Source of the DNA: Vicugna vicugna
Taxonomy: Eukaryota
Length of the DNA stretch: 64,000 bases
Assembly (NCBI GenBank): GCA_013265495.1
Contig: MU061578.1
Coordinates: forward strand, 4,413,308-4,477,307
Direction of reading: 5' to 3'
A program made the translations under genes and the position numbers. Below are positions 25,790 to 39,803 of this stretch, piece by piece. The notes beneath the pieces were generated by a model. That model did not search any database, had not been told where the DNA came from, and worked only from the letters and a program-made list of their open reading frames with translations. Every line of letters starts with the position of its first letter. Position 1 is the first letter of the stretch.

Positions 25790-26255
25790 ATTTTATGAGT
25801 TAATTAGGGCTTTTGCCTTTGCAAGTGACAGAAAATACAATTTAAATGGCTTTCAAGAAAAAGACTGTGGTGGTGGTAGTTGTAGATTTCACCAGTTCCA
25901 GTAACTGGAAAGTCTGGGGGCGTGGTGGGTGGAGAGAAAAACTCGATCCACGGCTGAAATGTCCTCAAGTCTTAGCTTCTCTGAATCCCTGTTGGAGCTC
26001 CTTCTCTCTCCAGGGGAAACTAAAGTTCTGGGTCTGCCTGTCCTTGGCTGGAAGTGAGTCACTGTCCCCAACCTGAAGCACTCCCTATTATTAGGGGATG
26101 GAAAACACTGATTGCCTTGGGCCCACTTCAAATGCACAAGCCTGGAGCTGGGATGGGGTCACTCCTCCCATAGCCATGAATATAAAGGAAATTTGGGGTC
26201 CTTCTAACAGAAAGGCCAGTGGACACTAAGAGGCAAACCAACTCGTGTCCTCTAC
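25790..26255 (-). mobile_element. Old MaLR LTR (MLT1K/L-like)
   Basis: ttttgcctttgcaagtgacagaaaatacaatttaaatggct...gagtcactgtcccca, heavily decayed. Confidence 0.5.
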
Positions 26256-26344
26256 ACTTTAGACACAAAGGATTGGTCCAGGATGTAGCAAGAGTATGGG
26301 TTTTAGAGTCAGACTATATTGTTTAGGATCCTAATTTTGAAATT

Positions 26345-27260
26345 AGATTACAGGTTGCTGGAGGCTGGGGATAGAAGGAAACAGGGATTGGCTGCTAACA
26401 TGACAAAAATATTTCAGAGTTAAATATTGGTGATGGTTGCACAATTTTGTGACTATACTAGAAATCATTGAATTGTACACTTTAAAAGGGTGATTTTTAT
26501 GGTATATGAATTGTATCTCAATAATAATAACTTTAAAAGATCAATATCAGGATCTTGTAACAAATGTTTCAACAGAGAAACTGCAAGCCAAAAAAAGGAA
26601 AGGATAATGGAATAGTATTTTCAAAATATTAAAGGAAAATAACTTAACACTTAGAATTTGGTATCCAGTCAAATTGCTTTAAAAAATGAGGACATGATAA
26701 AAAATATTCTTAAGACATACAAGGCCTCAGAAGCTTTGAGACCCAAGACCCATGCAAAATTGTTTGGGATGAAGTATTTAAATAAGAGAAAAGAAACCAC
26801 AGGAGAAGCTACAAAGATGTAGGAAGTAGAGATGCTGAAATTCCTTGAAAATTACTGCTGTTCTTAAGAACTCTCTAAGTCCAGATAAAGACAGAAAATA
26901 TATCCATAATAAGACAGAATTAAAAGTTATCAATATCACGGAATGGAGGAAGATCAAGGGCTGAGGGTGTGCTAAATTGTCACATTATTGTGAGGGAAAT
27001 ATAGATAACAATTGTTTAATTAAGAAAGGATTAAAAGGAAAATGAAAAAGTGGGATAAACTGAAATGATAGTAGAAACAAGTCCAAGTATGTCAATAATA
27101 ACAATTAATGTAAATGGGCTAAATTCATTAGTAAGAAAACAAAGATTGACAGATGGGATTTTTTTTAAAGTCCAGATAAATGAGTGGGTAAAATATAATC
27201 TTTTAGCTATTTGCACATTCTGCAAATATGTAATTGTGCAATCCAACTCTAAAAGGTATT
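26345..27260 (+). mobile_element. Old L1 fragments (a 3' UTR piece, then an ORF1/ORF2-start-like piece)
   Basis: gaattgtacactttaaaagggtg..., and ORF 27065 contains SIITINVNGLNS, the L1 endonuclease N-terminal motif. Confidence 0.7.
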
Positions 27261-27323
27261 GAAAGTATCCAGACCCAGAAGAAAGGGTTTTGGGAGCTGG
27301 GAGAACAAAATGTACCACCTAGA

Positions 27324-27662
27324 TCAGAGGTTGGCAAATTCTATCCCATAGTCTAAATCTGGCCACCACGTGTATTTTAATGACTGGTGAGTCCTACGAT
27401 AGTTTTTACATCTTTTAATGGTTAGGAAAAAAATCAAAAGAAGAATAATATTTCATGACATGTGGAAATTATATGAAATTCAAATTTAAGTATCCATAAA
27501 GTTTTAATGCAACACAACCACACTCATTGGCGTTCAGAGTCTAGAACTGCTTTCACACCACAATGATACATTTGGATAGTTTCAACAGAGATCATATGGC
27601 CTACTAAACCTAAAATATTTATGCTCTGGCTCTTTATAGAAAAATTTTATTGACCTCTCTTC
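27324..27662. mobile_element. MER58B-like hAT-Charlie element
   Basis: cagaggttggcaaattct...atttcatgacatgtggaaattatatgaaattcaaattt...ctctggctctttatagaaaa. Confidence 0.7.
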
Positions 27663-28755
27663 TGGATATTCTCTAGGCATAAAAGATATTCCTTCGGTGG
27701 TGGGGTTGAGCAAGGTGGCTAGTGCTAGGTAGAAATCTTATTTACAGTGTTAAAACACTGGTGTTTCTCAGTAAGTCAAAATTAGCCATCAAGAAGTACA
27801 ACTCGCCCTATTGGTGAATCTTTTCCTGGGAGCACTTTTATGATTAGAGCATAGAAAACAATGGTTTCCACAAAGGAAGTGCTTTATGGTCAACGTGGCT
27901 GAAATGCATCTGTTATACAAAGTGGAGAGTAACTGCATTTGAGTGCCAGCCAGTGAGTTTTAGAAACCCATTGCTGGTTTGTGAGGCAGATTAATATTTG
28001 AGAAAGGACCAGATTGAGCTGTGACATGCTGGAGGGCTTGGTTTCTCTCTGTGAATTAAAGCTCTGTGTTACTAGCAAAACAGGGTTAAGATAAGCTGAA
28101 AGTCAGGTTTAAAGGCTTGGGTCTTGCCATTCTGAAATTATGCCAGGAAACTGTGATCATGGGCACTTGAGAAGCCCTGGAAAAGTGCTCTGTAAAAATC
28201 TTGACAGCACTATATCAAATATATATATATTTATATATACTATATATATATATATAGTAAAAATGTCAATAAAGCAGGGGAAATTTATTCCATATCTAAA
28301 GTTATCGACACCCAGATATTGGCGGCGTTTCATTTTACTCAGATACATAACCCCCAAATGTTAGCCACTTCAATAATGGTTCCAGAGAAGTACTAAGTAA
28401 CCCACAAAGAGTGAGGCTCGCAAAAAAAGTTTATCATTCCCAGGTTTCTGACTCAGCGCTGAAAGGTCTCGCTTTGGGCCCTTCTCTGGTTTTAATTGCC
28501 TTTTTGCACATATTCCTAAATGTTAGGTTGTAACTTGACATTCACTTCATGTCTCCCCACACCTTTAGGGCAAAAAGTTATTGTTTCATAAAAAATGCAC
28601 AGCTGGGCTGTAATACTTAGTCATCAAGAAACCATCAACTTTGACTCCTTACTCCTTGTTCTGGTATCTCCCCTTTCAGACCAACACTTGTTCCTTATTT
28701 CTCAGAGCACTCAAAATAGCATGTAGGATAAAAGCCATTTGTGCAAGAGGAAGGT

Positions 28756-29263
28756 GTATCAGTTACTTATCACTACATGACAGACTACCATAAAACTTAG
28801 CAGCTTAAAACAACACCCATTTATCATCATGGTTTCTCTGAGTCAGGAATCTGGGCCTTCCTTAGCAGGGTCCTCCACGTGGGGTCTTTCACAAGGCTGC
28901 ATTCATAGTGTCGTCCAGGGCTGAGGTCTCATCTGAAGGCTCAGCTGGGAAAGAATCCACTTAGAGACTCAAGTGGTTGTTGGCAGAATTCAGTCCTTCA
29001 AGTGCTGTTGGACTGAGGGCCTCAGCTCCATGCCAGGGGACCTCTCCAACAAGGCAGCTTGCTTCCTCAAAGATTAAACACTGAGAAGGCATGGAGTCTA
29101 TTAATAAGACGCAAGTCACAATCTCTTGTAATCTAATCATGGAAGCTATATCCCTTTACTTAGCTACATTCTACTGGACAGAATCTTGCCCACACTCAAG
29201 AGGAGAGGACATGAATACCAGGATCCAGAGATCATTGGGAGTCATCTCAGAGGCTGCCTGCCA
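28756..29263 (-). mobile_element. MaLR MLT1 LTR
   Basis: aaaacttagcagcttaaaacaacac...ggttgttggcagaattcagt...gaggctgcctgcca. Confidence 0.8.
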
Positions 29264-29877
29264 TGGAAGGACATGTGTGTGTTTTTGCTTGATTATGTAT
29301 AGAAAATTTCTGGTAGAACCAGGATAATTTATTAGAAATTGTTTGTCGTGATTACCTCCAGAAATAGGACTAGGGCATCAGAGACAGCGGGAAACAGGAT
29401 TTTCACTTTTCACTTTATACATTTCTATATTGTTTTACTTTTTTTAACCATAAACATTTTAAGTTATGTTTTATTTTTATTTTAAAAAGAAAAAAGTCAC
29501 TCAAAACTATTTTCCAATAACCGTATCTTTAAAAAAGCAGTCTGTAATCAAAGAATAAAAACCAACTCACTTGTGTGCAGAAATTAGTAAAAAGTGTAGA
29601 CGTACTGCAAGTAAATATTTAGCAGTCGTGTTTCTATAAAAGCATAAAATTGGATTATCTTTCCAAACTATCTAAAAAGGGAACACATTTTACGTCATGT
29701 TTGCTTCCTTCACAAACATTTCATTGCATTCAGTCCTAACACGGGAGCTAAGAGATGGATCAGGACTAAAGTACCTTCTGGAAATTACCTCTAATCCTTG
29801 GATTGTTTCTGAATCGATGGCTGCTTTGGTTCCATAAGGGGGCTCAATGTAGTGTCCTATGTCTCCCCAAGTCCACC

Positions 29878-30020
29878 TAGCATTGTCAGATAAAACACAG
29901 GATGCCCAGCATGGCTCATGTAATATCTAGGACATAACTTACACTAAAAAAATCATTCGTTGTTTATCTGAAACTCAAATTTAACCAGGCAGCCTGTAGT
30001 TTTATTTGCTAATCTGGCCA
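29878..30020. mobile_element. MER53 (internally deleted)
   Basis: tgtcagataaaacacaggatgcccag...attcgttgtttatctgaaactcaaatttaacc...tttatttgctaatctggc. Confidence 0.75.
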
Positions 30021-30061
30021 AAGATGGCCTGCCCATACTTCTGGCAGACTGACCCAACAGA

Positions 30062-30255
30062 ATGGATCTCAAGGGGAAGATTCTGCCCTGCAGGGGACAT
30101 TCAGTGATGTCTGGAGACATGTGGTTGTCACGGCTCGGGGGGTGGGTAAGTGCTACTGGCATCCAGTAGGCAGAGGACAGGGATGCTTCTAAACATCTTC
30201 TAGTGCACAAGATGGCCCCAATAATAGAGAATCTGACCTCAGAAGTCAATACGCC
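30062..30255. mobile_element. MER20
   Basis: caggggacattcagtgatgtctggagacat...gtgctactggcatccagtaggcagagg...gggatgcttctaaacatc. Confidence 0.85.
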
Positions 30256-30829
30256 TCCACCCTCCCTCCCACAAACTCCGGCTTTCCTCTCTGCTGGCCT
30301 CAGGGAGGAGCTGCAGATGCTCAAGTAGGTTTGGAAAACAATCACCAGGTGGGGGGTACCGAGGCTGGAGGTGTTTCAGCTGATTCTCTCCATAAAGTAA
30401 CAGTACTTCAAGCAAGACTCTGCTGGCCTGTGCCCCTCAGCAGGCACACTCTTACATATTTATCTCCAGCTCAAGCTTGTTTCTCTTCAACTAGTTCTCT
30501 CGACGATGTGCGCAATCTCAAGCAGCTACAAGAGTTTGCAAATAGAAAGAGATTTAATCTACCTGGAAGAGAATATAATTACCTTTTTCCTTTTTTAATT
30601 AATAAAGAGATTTTACTAATACCCCTGTCCAGACCATTTTACTGTAGTTAATGTTCCCAGACAGAATCAATTCAAAATTTGCTGATAACACAAATGGGAG
30701 TGGGGGTTTCCAGTAGCATCTAATAACTCAGAGTAATTTGTTCAAGATAAACACCATTTTCCTATGAGAGCTCATATTGTATTCATCCATACTATATGGA
30801 TGAAATTCTTGCTCTTCTTTTTAAGGACA

Positions 30830-30960
30830 AAATTTATTCAATTATTTATTTTTATTTTATAAATTTTATTCAATTTTTATTCAATTATTTTATTCAACTT
30901 TATTTTGAATTTTATTCAATTATTTATTTTTTCTCTTAAAAAATCTATTATAATTATTTG
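30830..30960. repeat. AT-rich degenerate tandem repeat (TTTTATTCAA-like)
   Basis: About five copies of ttattcaa with T/A spacers. Confidence 0.7.
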
Positions 30961-31229
30961 AGAAAGTTTACCAAGTAAAATCTTAACCTTAAAGGTTGAT
31001 CAGAATCTCACTGCAAGGTAGCAAAAATATAAAGTTGTATCTATGCCATGTGCTGCTGAAATTATATAATACTCATCTATACTCCAAACAAGAAGAATAC
31101 TTCAAGTGAAATGAGAAGACCTGTAATTTAATTTTATTTGGTCAGACTAGTGGCAATAAAAGTAGGAAATTGTAAAGGTATTAATTATTCTGTCCTTTAC
31201 CCAAAGGCTGTACTTGCTGGGAATTGATT

Positions 31230-31376
31230 TGCTTTCTTTTTTTCTTTTTTCCTTTGTCTTATGAGACGGACGTAATCAGGTTTATTTATTTCTATTTGGA
31301 GGAGGTACTGGGGATTGAACCCAAGACCTCATGCATGCTAAGAATGCACTCTACCACTTGAGCTATATCCTCCCCC
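31230..31376 (-). mobile_element. vic-1-type SINE
   Basis: ggaggtactggggattgaaccc...ctctaccacttgagctatatcctcccc. Confidence 0.88.
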
Positions 31377-32529
31377 TCTTGCCGGAAGTTGAATGTTGAA
31401 TGAGTAATAATGACATTTAACATAGTCAGGATGCAAGTGCTAATGCAAGGAAAGAAATGCAAGAGACAGTGTTATTTAAATCTAAATTTTTCACTCTGAC
31501 ACTTTAGTAAGTTATTGTTCACTTCTTTGCTGATTTTCTGATTGAGGATTCATAGCCATGCGAATTAGATGATAGAAAGCCTTTTTAAAGACTCCAAGTA
31601 CGTATTTAAGATAGGAAATGACTAATAATTTACTAATCCAGGACTCTGGCAATTGAAGGTCAGTTCCCTCCATGTGAACCAAATAACTTCTTAAAATCAA
31701 AATGATTTTTATTTTAAGAATTTGACCTTGATTTTATTCGCATGGGGAGTGGGGGAGACAATAAAAGTCTTAAGCCTGTATTGATCTGGTTTGCATGTAG
31801 ACTGGTAGTTCTGGCTAAGTTGGAGGATACGATGGCTGTGTGCCCTTGGGCAAGTTGCTTAACCTCTCTGTTCCTTAGTTTGCTTGACTATAAAGAGGGT
31901 AAAAGTAACACCTACTTCGTGGAGTTCTTATGGAGAGTAAACGAGCTAGTTCCTGAAAGCATGTCGCCCAGCATTTAACCCAGTAATCAATTCTCATTAG
32001 TTATTAATGAATAGTTTTATGATTGTTACGGGGTGAGAGGTAAGTGTAAAAGCAAACAGACCAGCCCAGGAGGAAAAGAATGGGGTCCGAAGATGGGCAG
32101 GAAGGGACAAATCAGAGAGATCTTTGGAGGGCTAGCTGGTAACCGGAGGGTCTTGGAGACTCCGGTTGCTTCCTGACTTTGTTGCTTCCTCCAACACTAA
32201 ATGTCACTGAACTGTTCACTTTAAAAGGGTTATTTTTATGTTATGTGAATTTCACCTCACTAAAAAGAAATATTTGCTGAAGGAAAGAAAAAACCAACCT
32301 GGAACATATCTCTCCCCTGCTTAAAATCATTCAGAGTCATGTCAAACAGAATCCAAACTCCCTATACCTACAACCCACAAACAGGCTTACTGCACATCTA
32401 CACACACCTACTAGACCATCACACCAGAGAATCATCATGAACGAATTTGAGATTAAAAGTCTTCTGAGTGGACATCACAGAAGGGGCATTACATTTTATT
32501 GGATTTCCCTACATTTGAAATACCATAAA

Positions 32530-32626
32530 GCATTTTTATTTATTTTTAGAGGAGGTATTGGGGATTGAACCCAGGACCTTATGCATGCTAAGTATGCACT
32601 TTACCACCTGAGCTATATCCTCCCCT
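32530..32626 (-). mobile_element. vic-1-type SINE
   Basis: Same body, flanked by an imperfect TSD ccataaagcattttta / ccatatagcattttta. Confidence 0.88.
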
Positions 32627-32693
32627 CCATATAGCATTTTTAATTTGAGTCATTTGATGAAGGGCCTCACTATTCTTTTAGTTCTCAGACTGA

Positions 32694-32878
32694 CAGTTGC
32701 CACATTTAGCAAACAAAAATACAGGATGTCAGTTCAGTTTGAATTTCAAGTAAGCAACAAATCATTTTTCAGTATGTGTGTTCCAAAGATTGCATAGGAT
32801 AGACTTAAATTTAAAATGTATTTGTTGTTTACCTGAAATTCACATTAACCTGGGTGTCCTATATTTTATCTGACAACT
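32694..32878. mobile_element. MER53, full-length imperfect palindrome
   Basis: gttgccacatttagcaaacaaaaatacaggatg...gggtgtcctatattttatctgacaac; the two arms are reverse-complementary. Confidence 0.8.
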
Positions 32879-33581
32879 CGGGCTCGGGGCCTCACTCCTA
32901 CAAGACTTGGGGTGATCTGGCCCTGCACCCCTTGCTGGTTTTGCCTCTTGTCACTCTCCCCACCCTGCCCCCAACTCTTCAAGCTTGCATCCTGGGGTTT
33001 TCCAGTGCTGGAAACAAGTCAAGCTCTTTCCTGCCCCACGGCCTTTGCAGGCCTTTGCATTCTGTATTTCTGGAACCCTCTTTCTCCATGTGTGCCTCCT
33101 TCTTTTGCATGAGATCTCAGCTTCAATGTCTCTTCCTTAAAGAGGCCTCTTCTGGCCAATCTGGGATTCTGTCATAGTTCTCTCCAGTATTTTGTATGTT
33201 AGCGTTCTATTCACTTCCTCCATGGTATTCATGACATTTGTAATCATTTTGTTTATAGACTGTTTATTTGTTTACCCTGTTGCCATCCACTGGGATAGCA
33301 GCAATATTTATTTATCTTGTTCTCCATACTTGCGCTTTCATTCATGCAAGAAATCTGCAGTTCCTACTGTCGCCAAGCACTGGTGCAGATGCTGTAAATT
33401 AAATGAAGTCCTTGCTTATTCTGGAAATGCATCTGGAGGCTCATTCTTGGGCCTCAGTCCCATCTGCTGTCACCTGGAAGCTTTTGCTTGTGCAGGAGGC
33501 AGGAGGGCAAAGGTGTGTCCCCAGAGACCCAGGTCTTTGTCATCTGGTTGGTGGTGCTACTTCAGACATTTTGGACCCCCA

Positions 33582-34016
33582 TGTTAGTTTCCCATGGCTG
33601 CTATAACAAATTGCCGCGAATTGGGTGGCTTAAAAACAACAGAAACGTATTCTCTCTTAGTTCTCGAGGCCAGAAATCCTAAATCAAGGTGTCAGCAGGA
33701 CCACGCTCCCTCCAAAGTCTCTAGGGCAGACTCCTTCTTTGCCTCCTCCAGGCTGTTCTGGATGTTCCTGGGTGGGTGGCTCCATCACTCCCGTGTCCGT
33801 TTCCATTGTCATGTGGCCCCTCCCTCTCTATACGTCTGTGTCTTCACATGGCTTCTCATTAGGACACCAGTCATTGGATTTAGGGGCCCCCCAATCCAGT
33901 ACGACCTCATCTCAACTAACTATATCTGCAAGGACCCCATTGCCAAATAAGGTCACATTCTGAGGTTCCAGTTGGACGTGAATTTTGTTTGGAGGGACAC
34001 CATTCAACATGGTACA
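33582..34016 (-). mobile_element. MaLR MLT1 LTR
   Basis: ggctgctataacaaattgcc...ggtggcttaaaaacaacagaa...aataaggtcacattctgagg. Confidence 0.85.
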
Positions 34017-35583
34017 GGCAGCATGCACTTTGTTGAAGCTTTTAACCTAATGGACCAACAGATGCTTCTGCTCCAAATATTTAAAACGAAGCCTTCCACA
34101 ACATTATTCATCAGAACCTCAGCATGAGCTCAGAACACGACACTGTGTCACCCTCTGGATTGAGAGCGAGGATGGAGAGGTTCAGGAAGATTATCATTTG
34201 CATCCAGGCCCTGAGCAGATAGTGAAGGAAGGTGCAAAGTCAGGACCACTGATACAAATCCTTGGTCTACCCTCTCTCCTGCCTCCTCAGGGCAGACAGA
34301 CCTCTGGTCCCCGGGTCTGTGGCGTGGGGGTGGCACATCCCTCCGCGCTCCGGCTCATTCTGGCTGCCCCATCTCTTGGCTGTGATACCATTACGATAAC
34401 ACCTACCATCACGATATTGCTGTATTGCCAGGATCCTGTCAGAGCTTCCACCTGAGATTAAGGGAGACACCCCAGGATGCCTCCCTCGGGGGCCTTCCTC
34501 AGAGCTCCTGTCTCTGAAAACATCCCTGCTACCCGATATATAGGACTTACTCATCCCCTTTCTAGCTGCATTAAATGGGGGCCCAGCTTTGTATACAGGA
34601 CCTTGGATTATGCCAGCCATTTCTGAGATTATGAGGTTTTATTGTATTAAATTTAAATTATGTTCTAATTATATTTCCTGAGACATCCAGATCCTTCTAA
34701 CATGAATGCGTTGTAAGGGAAACACCTAGATATCATTGTCTCTGGCAATGTCCTGTTTTATAAAGGCTGCATCGGCAGATGTGTTCTTAGCTAAAAATAA
34801 AAAAAGAAAAAGAAAAGTTTCTTCCACAACTGACACTGAAATCACTGTAGAACACATAGATTCTACCTGAGAGGGCTTCATTGGGAAAGAATGTCCCTTT
34901 GTTGTGTCAAAGTCAAAGCAACATGGGCAACGTATCGATGGGCCAGGCTGCAGGCCACAGGGGAGAAGAGTGACAGAGTTATCTGTCGAAATCAGAGCCG
35001 CCCAGTTTCAAATCCGAAATTCCCAAGGGCAACCTGTAGGTGTACAAACTAGAGACATTCCCATGTGGCCGTATATATATATATACACACACTTTGCACA
35101 TAATTCACATCAACTACAGAAAGTGCAATTTTCTCTCAGTCTTACAGAAATAGTGTTTATTATGTTCTTTTGATAGCTCCATCTTTTCCTTACGTGCCCT
35201 CTCTCCTGGATCCAAGACCCCCGCCCCCTTTCCAGAGATCTCTAGAAGAGATGAAGGTAAAGAGACCAGGATGAGAAGAACAGGGAACAGTAATAACTCC
35301 AGAAAAAATGCCACATGTTTGCCCCCCAGACTCTCGAGTAACTTCCACCATCAGAATGAATCTGACGTGCTTAGTAATACCTGGGGGATGGGAGCCATGG
35401 GAAGTTTTGATGTCTGTCTTTTAAGACTATATTTTCTTAGATGTTGATCCTTAAGAACCTTTTGTACTGGTTGCCTTCCTCACTGCTAGGAAAAAATCTG
35501 CTGTAGACACTTTTTAGTCACCCTGATTTTCCAGGCCTTTGCTAGAAAGAAATCCTGCTGAGTCTTACTGAAATACAAATTCA

Positions 35584-35620
35584 GTTTGTTTGTTTGTTTG
35601 TTTGTTTGTTTGTTTGTTTG
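35584..35620. repeat. (GTTT)n microsatellite
   Basis: About nine perfect units. Confidence 0.95.
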
Positions 35621-36612
35621 CTGACAGGGAGATGGAGCTGAATTCTTGAAGAAAAGCTCAACCCAGCTATTGATGGCTCTTGTTCCTCATAATCAGCAGA
35701 TCCCTGCATGGAAAGCTGCACCCTCTCTTGTGGTCCCAATGGGGTGATGCTCTCGGCTCTCCTGGCTGCAGTGGAGGGACATGATCTGCAGAGGTCCTCC
35801 TGTGTCCCCTGGATTTGGTGAGTGCTTGAAGATGTATCTGCCTTTATTCCTGGTTTTGATGCCAATGCCTTTGAGAGGAGTAACAGGATGATTGAGACAG
35901 GGAGTGACTACAAATAAACATTCGAATGACAGAAAAGCTTACACCATCACTCTTCAAAAACATTAGTGTCTCCGCTAGATAACAAAATAATTCCAGCGTA
36001 TCTTGGGAGCGTCTGGCTTGTGTCTCCTTTCGAGGCTGCGTGCATAACTGTGCTGTTCTGAATATCAGTTTCTTTTGTCAGATTTCAGGTTAAGCGATCT
36101 TCCGCTCCCTTAGACTCTGGGTTTCAGAGAGAGAGGGCTGGTGAGATTCAATGTTGTCCATTCTACCTGAGGGATTGATTGTGGGAGGGTTCTTCTTTCT
36201 TCCTCTTTCCCTAGTCTTTAAAAACAATTCTTTTGTTGGAGTTTTTTCCAAAAGTAGGAAAACCGATACCCGTGTGGACAGGTTATCTGCTCTCATTCAT
36301 AAATTCATTCATGTGTCACGTGCTTTCTGGAGCCTTCCCCCAAGCCTGTCACTGTCCTGATCAGGGAGGGACCCTCAATAGGGTCGGGGACTGAGCCACC
36401 ATCCTTACTTCCCATTAGGGAGCAGCAGCGGAAAGGACAAACTCCAGGCTTGTTCTGACACCATTCCCCATTGGCTGGCATTTATTTTCCTGAATCACCC
36501 ACTTAAAAAAAAAAAAGAATCAGTCTTCCAAAATTATTCAGTATTCAAATTCCAGGCTTATGCTCAGTTGGGATTCACCACAGTGAAAACACCTTTTCTC
36601 CAAAGGCATGGG

Positions 36613-37341
36613 CAGTCGGTTCTCATTATTGGCTGATTCCATATTTGTGACCTTGTCTACTTGCTCAAAGTTATTTGTAACCCCCAAAAGCAACACTGGG
36701 GTGGGGGAAGGGAATAGCTCAGTTGTAGAGTGCACGTTTAGCATGCACAAGGTCCTGGGCTCAATCCCCAGTATCTCCATGAAGAGAAATAAATAAACGA
36801 ACCTAATTACCTCCTTCCCCGCCTCCTCCAAAAAAGCAATACTGGACGTTTCTGAGGTCATTCACAGACATGTGCAGAGCAGCAAAAAGTTTGAGTCTCC
36901 TGATCCCGCTAAGGTTCCAGCTCTCACAGTGTAAGTGATCTTTCTGGGTCTCTTTTGGGGCACTTTTGCTAATTTTTGCATATTTGTTGGTAATTGCACC
37001 ATTTAAAATGGTCCTAAAGTGCAGGAATGATGGCTTAGTGTCCAAAGCACATGAGGCTGTGACGGGCTCCAAGGAGGAAATACCTGTTACACATGCTTCA
37101 CTCAGACATGAGTTATAATGCTGTGGAGCCAAGTTCAATGTTAATGATCTAACAATATATGTTAAGTAAGGTGTCTTTAAATAGAAGCTCTCACAAAACA
37201 AAGTTACATATTGATCAGCTGGCAAAAATGTTGTGAGCAGAGGCTGGCAAGAACCTAAGCCTGTAATTTCCCTAGGAGTGAGGGTTCAGGGTTCACAGTG
37301 ACTTCATAGATTTCACAACTGTGAACAACAAGCATCAGCTG
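36613..37341. mobile_element. Tigger4/MER46-like DNA transposon
   Basis: Starts cagtcggttctcattattggctgattccatatttg...atttgtaacccccaaa, interrupted by a SINE. Confidence 0.75.
36700..36831 (+). mobile_element. vic-1-type SINE nested in the Tigger element
   Basis: TSD aaaagcaacactgg (36686-36699) / aaaagcaatactgg (36832-36845). Confidence 0.9.
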
Positions 37342-37804
37342 AATCTCTAACGTACATGGAATGGATCAGTTATTACACTTCTTATCCTGTAGGAAAAGAG
37401 CACAGAGGCCAAGAGCAGAGCCAGGTATGGAAATAAAGAATTCTGAATGATCAATTAAAAATTTATTTTCTTTTTCTACTGATTAGCCCAGCTCCTTCTA
37501 GGAGTCAAGTACTCATGCAAGGCACTAGGCTGGGATCCAAGACGCGTGAGTCATGTTCCCATCAGAGGATGAAGCTAAGAAAATCCAGGCGTCAATCTTG
37601 GTCCCCTTGGATTCCTGACAGTGACTGTGCACCATGTGTGTGTCCTTGCTTGGAGTTGAGAAAAGCAACATTTCTGGTTCTGCTGTACGCAAAGGCTTGA
37701 AAATCAGGGAGACAAGGTGTGCAGTCAGTTACTGTGTTCACTTGTAGAAGAACCCCTGGTTGGCCAGAACATTCTGTTCCAGGTTTCCGTTTTCCCTCTT
37801 CTAA

Positions 37805-37960
37805 AGTCATGCTTCTCAAACCTGAGGGTGCAGAGACATCATCACCTTGGGGGTCTTGTTAACATGAAGATTGTGATTTGTGGTGGTGGGTGGGGGGAAC
37901 CCAGGTGGGGCTAAAGTCCTGCATTTCCAACCAGCTTCCAGGTGAAACTGTTACTGACGC
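37805..37960. mobile_element. MER5A-like fragment
   Basis: cttctcaaac...ggtggggctaaagtcctgcatttccaaccagcttccaggtga. Related pieces at about 38200-38310 and 45085-45170. Confidence 0.55.
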
Positions 37961-39057
37961 CAGTAAACTCCCTTTTACGTAAGCCTGTTTGGAAAGCGTT
38001 TTCTCTCTCTTGCACCCAAAAGACACCAACTATGACATCCAGGGACATCAGGCTTCTTCTTTCCCATCCTCCATGATACCTTCTGTCCCATGCTTCCCTC
38101 AGGCCTCTCCTCTGCTTGGGTGCTGCCTCCTCTGCACCCGCCCCCAGGGAGCCTTCCCTGACTCCTGCTCCATGTCCTCAGGGACTCTCAGGAGCAGGAC
38201 CCAGGGCAGCAGTTTTCGACCGCAAATTAGAATCACTCGGGAGCTTGGACGCCACCTGCTCTCCAGCCCACACTCCAGACCAATCAAACCAGAATTTCTA
38301 TGAGTGGGACCCATGCTGGTTTCTTAAGAACTAGGCCACAGGTGTGTATTATGTCCAGCATTTATAAAGTTTTGACAGCATATGATTTGCTCTCCAAACC
38401 TGCTGGGAAAGTTCATGATGAAAGTTCACTGCACTGAATGTTATTCAGTCTTAAAAAGGAATGAAGCTTTGACACATGCTTCAACGATGAACCTTGAAGA
38501 CAAGCCTTCAAGACTTGGTTTCCTGCATCCTGGACTGCAACACAATGGCCAGACCCAAGTCACATAACATATCCCACTTCTGAAGCCAGAGTTTGGTCTC
38601 TGGACTGTGAGGTAAGGGAATGGTCTCCCTTACTGCTCAGTAATTTAGATAATTTTCACAGATTAAAGGAGATGGGATATTGCCTGAACGTCAGACATCG
38701 AAAACAGTAAATATCCAAGGTAGTGAGCTTCAGGTGTGAAGTGGGCAGCTCACTGTGGCAGCATCTCCACTCCCCAGCTCCCTGGGCTGGGTACCAAGCC
38801 AGACCACCCAGACCTCAGCCCATTGGACCATCACTGGATTGGCGAGAGTCTTGGTCTCTCCCAGGACAGCCTCTTCAAAGCACTATCTCAGTGCAAATCT
38901 CCGGCTACGAAGGGTCCATGGTAATGAAAAGTTAATAGTATTAATTGGTCATTGAATAGGCCTATGTTGCTTCAAAATCAGTGTGAAACCATTAGCAAGG
39001 TGAACATATTCTAATTGAATACAACTTTGGCTGAAGAGTCTTTAAAATCTGGCTAAA

Positions 39058-39582
39058 ATGACAAGGAAACAACCTAAATGTCCATCGACAGATGACTGGA
39101 TAAAGAAGCTGTGGCATATTTATACAAAGGAATACTACTCAGCCATTAAAAAGAATAAAATAACGCCATTTGCAGCAACAAAGGTGGGACCTGGAGATCG
39201 TCATTTTAAGTGAAGTCAGAAAGAGAAAGAAAAATACCATATGATACCGCTCATATGTGGAATCTAAAAAAAGAAAAAGAAGACACTAATGAACTAATCT
39301 ACAAAAACAGAAACAGGCTCACAGACATAGTAAACAATCTTATGGTTACCAGGGGAAAAGGGGGTGGGAAGGGATAAATTGGGAGTTTGAGATTTGCAAA
39401 TATTAACTAGTATATATAAAATATATAAACAACAAGTTTCTCCTGTATAGCACAGGGAACTATATTCAATATCTTGTAGTAACCTGTAATGAAGAACATG
39501 AAAACAAATATATGTATAACTGAGACATTATGATATATACCAGAAATTGACACATTGTAAACTGACTGTACTTCAATTTAAA
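39058..39582 (+). mobile_element. Lineage-specific L1 3' end with 14-bp TSD
   Basis: TSD aaaatctggctaaa at 39044-39057 and 39583-39596. Confidence 0.92.
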
Positions 39583-39803
39583 AAAATCTGGCTAAATACC
39601 ATAGTGACAGTATGCAGATACTAATTTGGTACAATTGCTGTTCCCTCAATGTCCCATCTCATATATCTTCCATTCCAATCATCTGAAGAGTAATGAGTAC
39701 TCTCTCACTTGTACCTATCAAATCCCACCCTCCAAATCCCTAAATTACTTGCCATTGAGCCACCAAATCATCTAGTACTGGAGAAGATATAACACTTGCC
39801 TGA

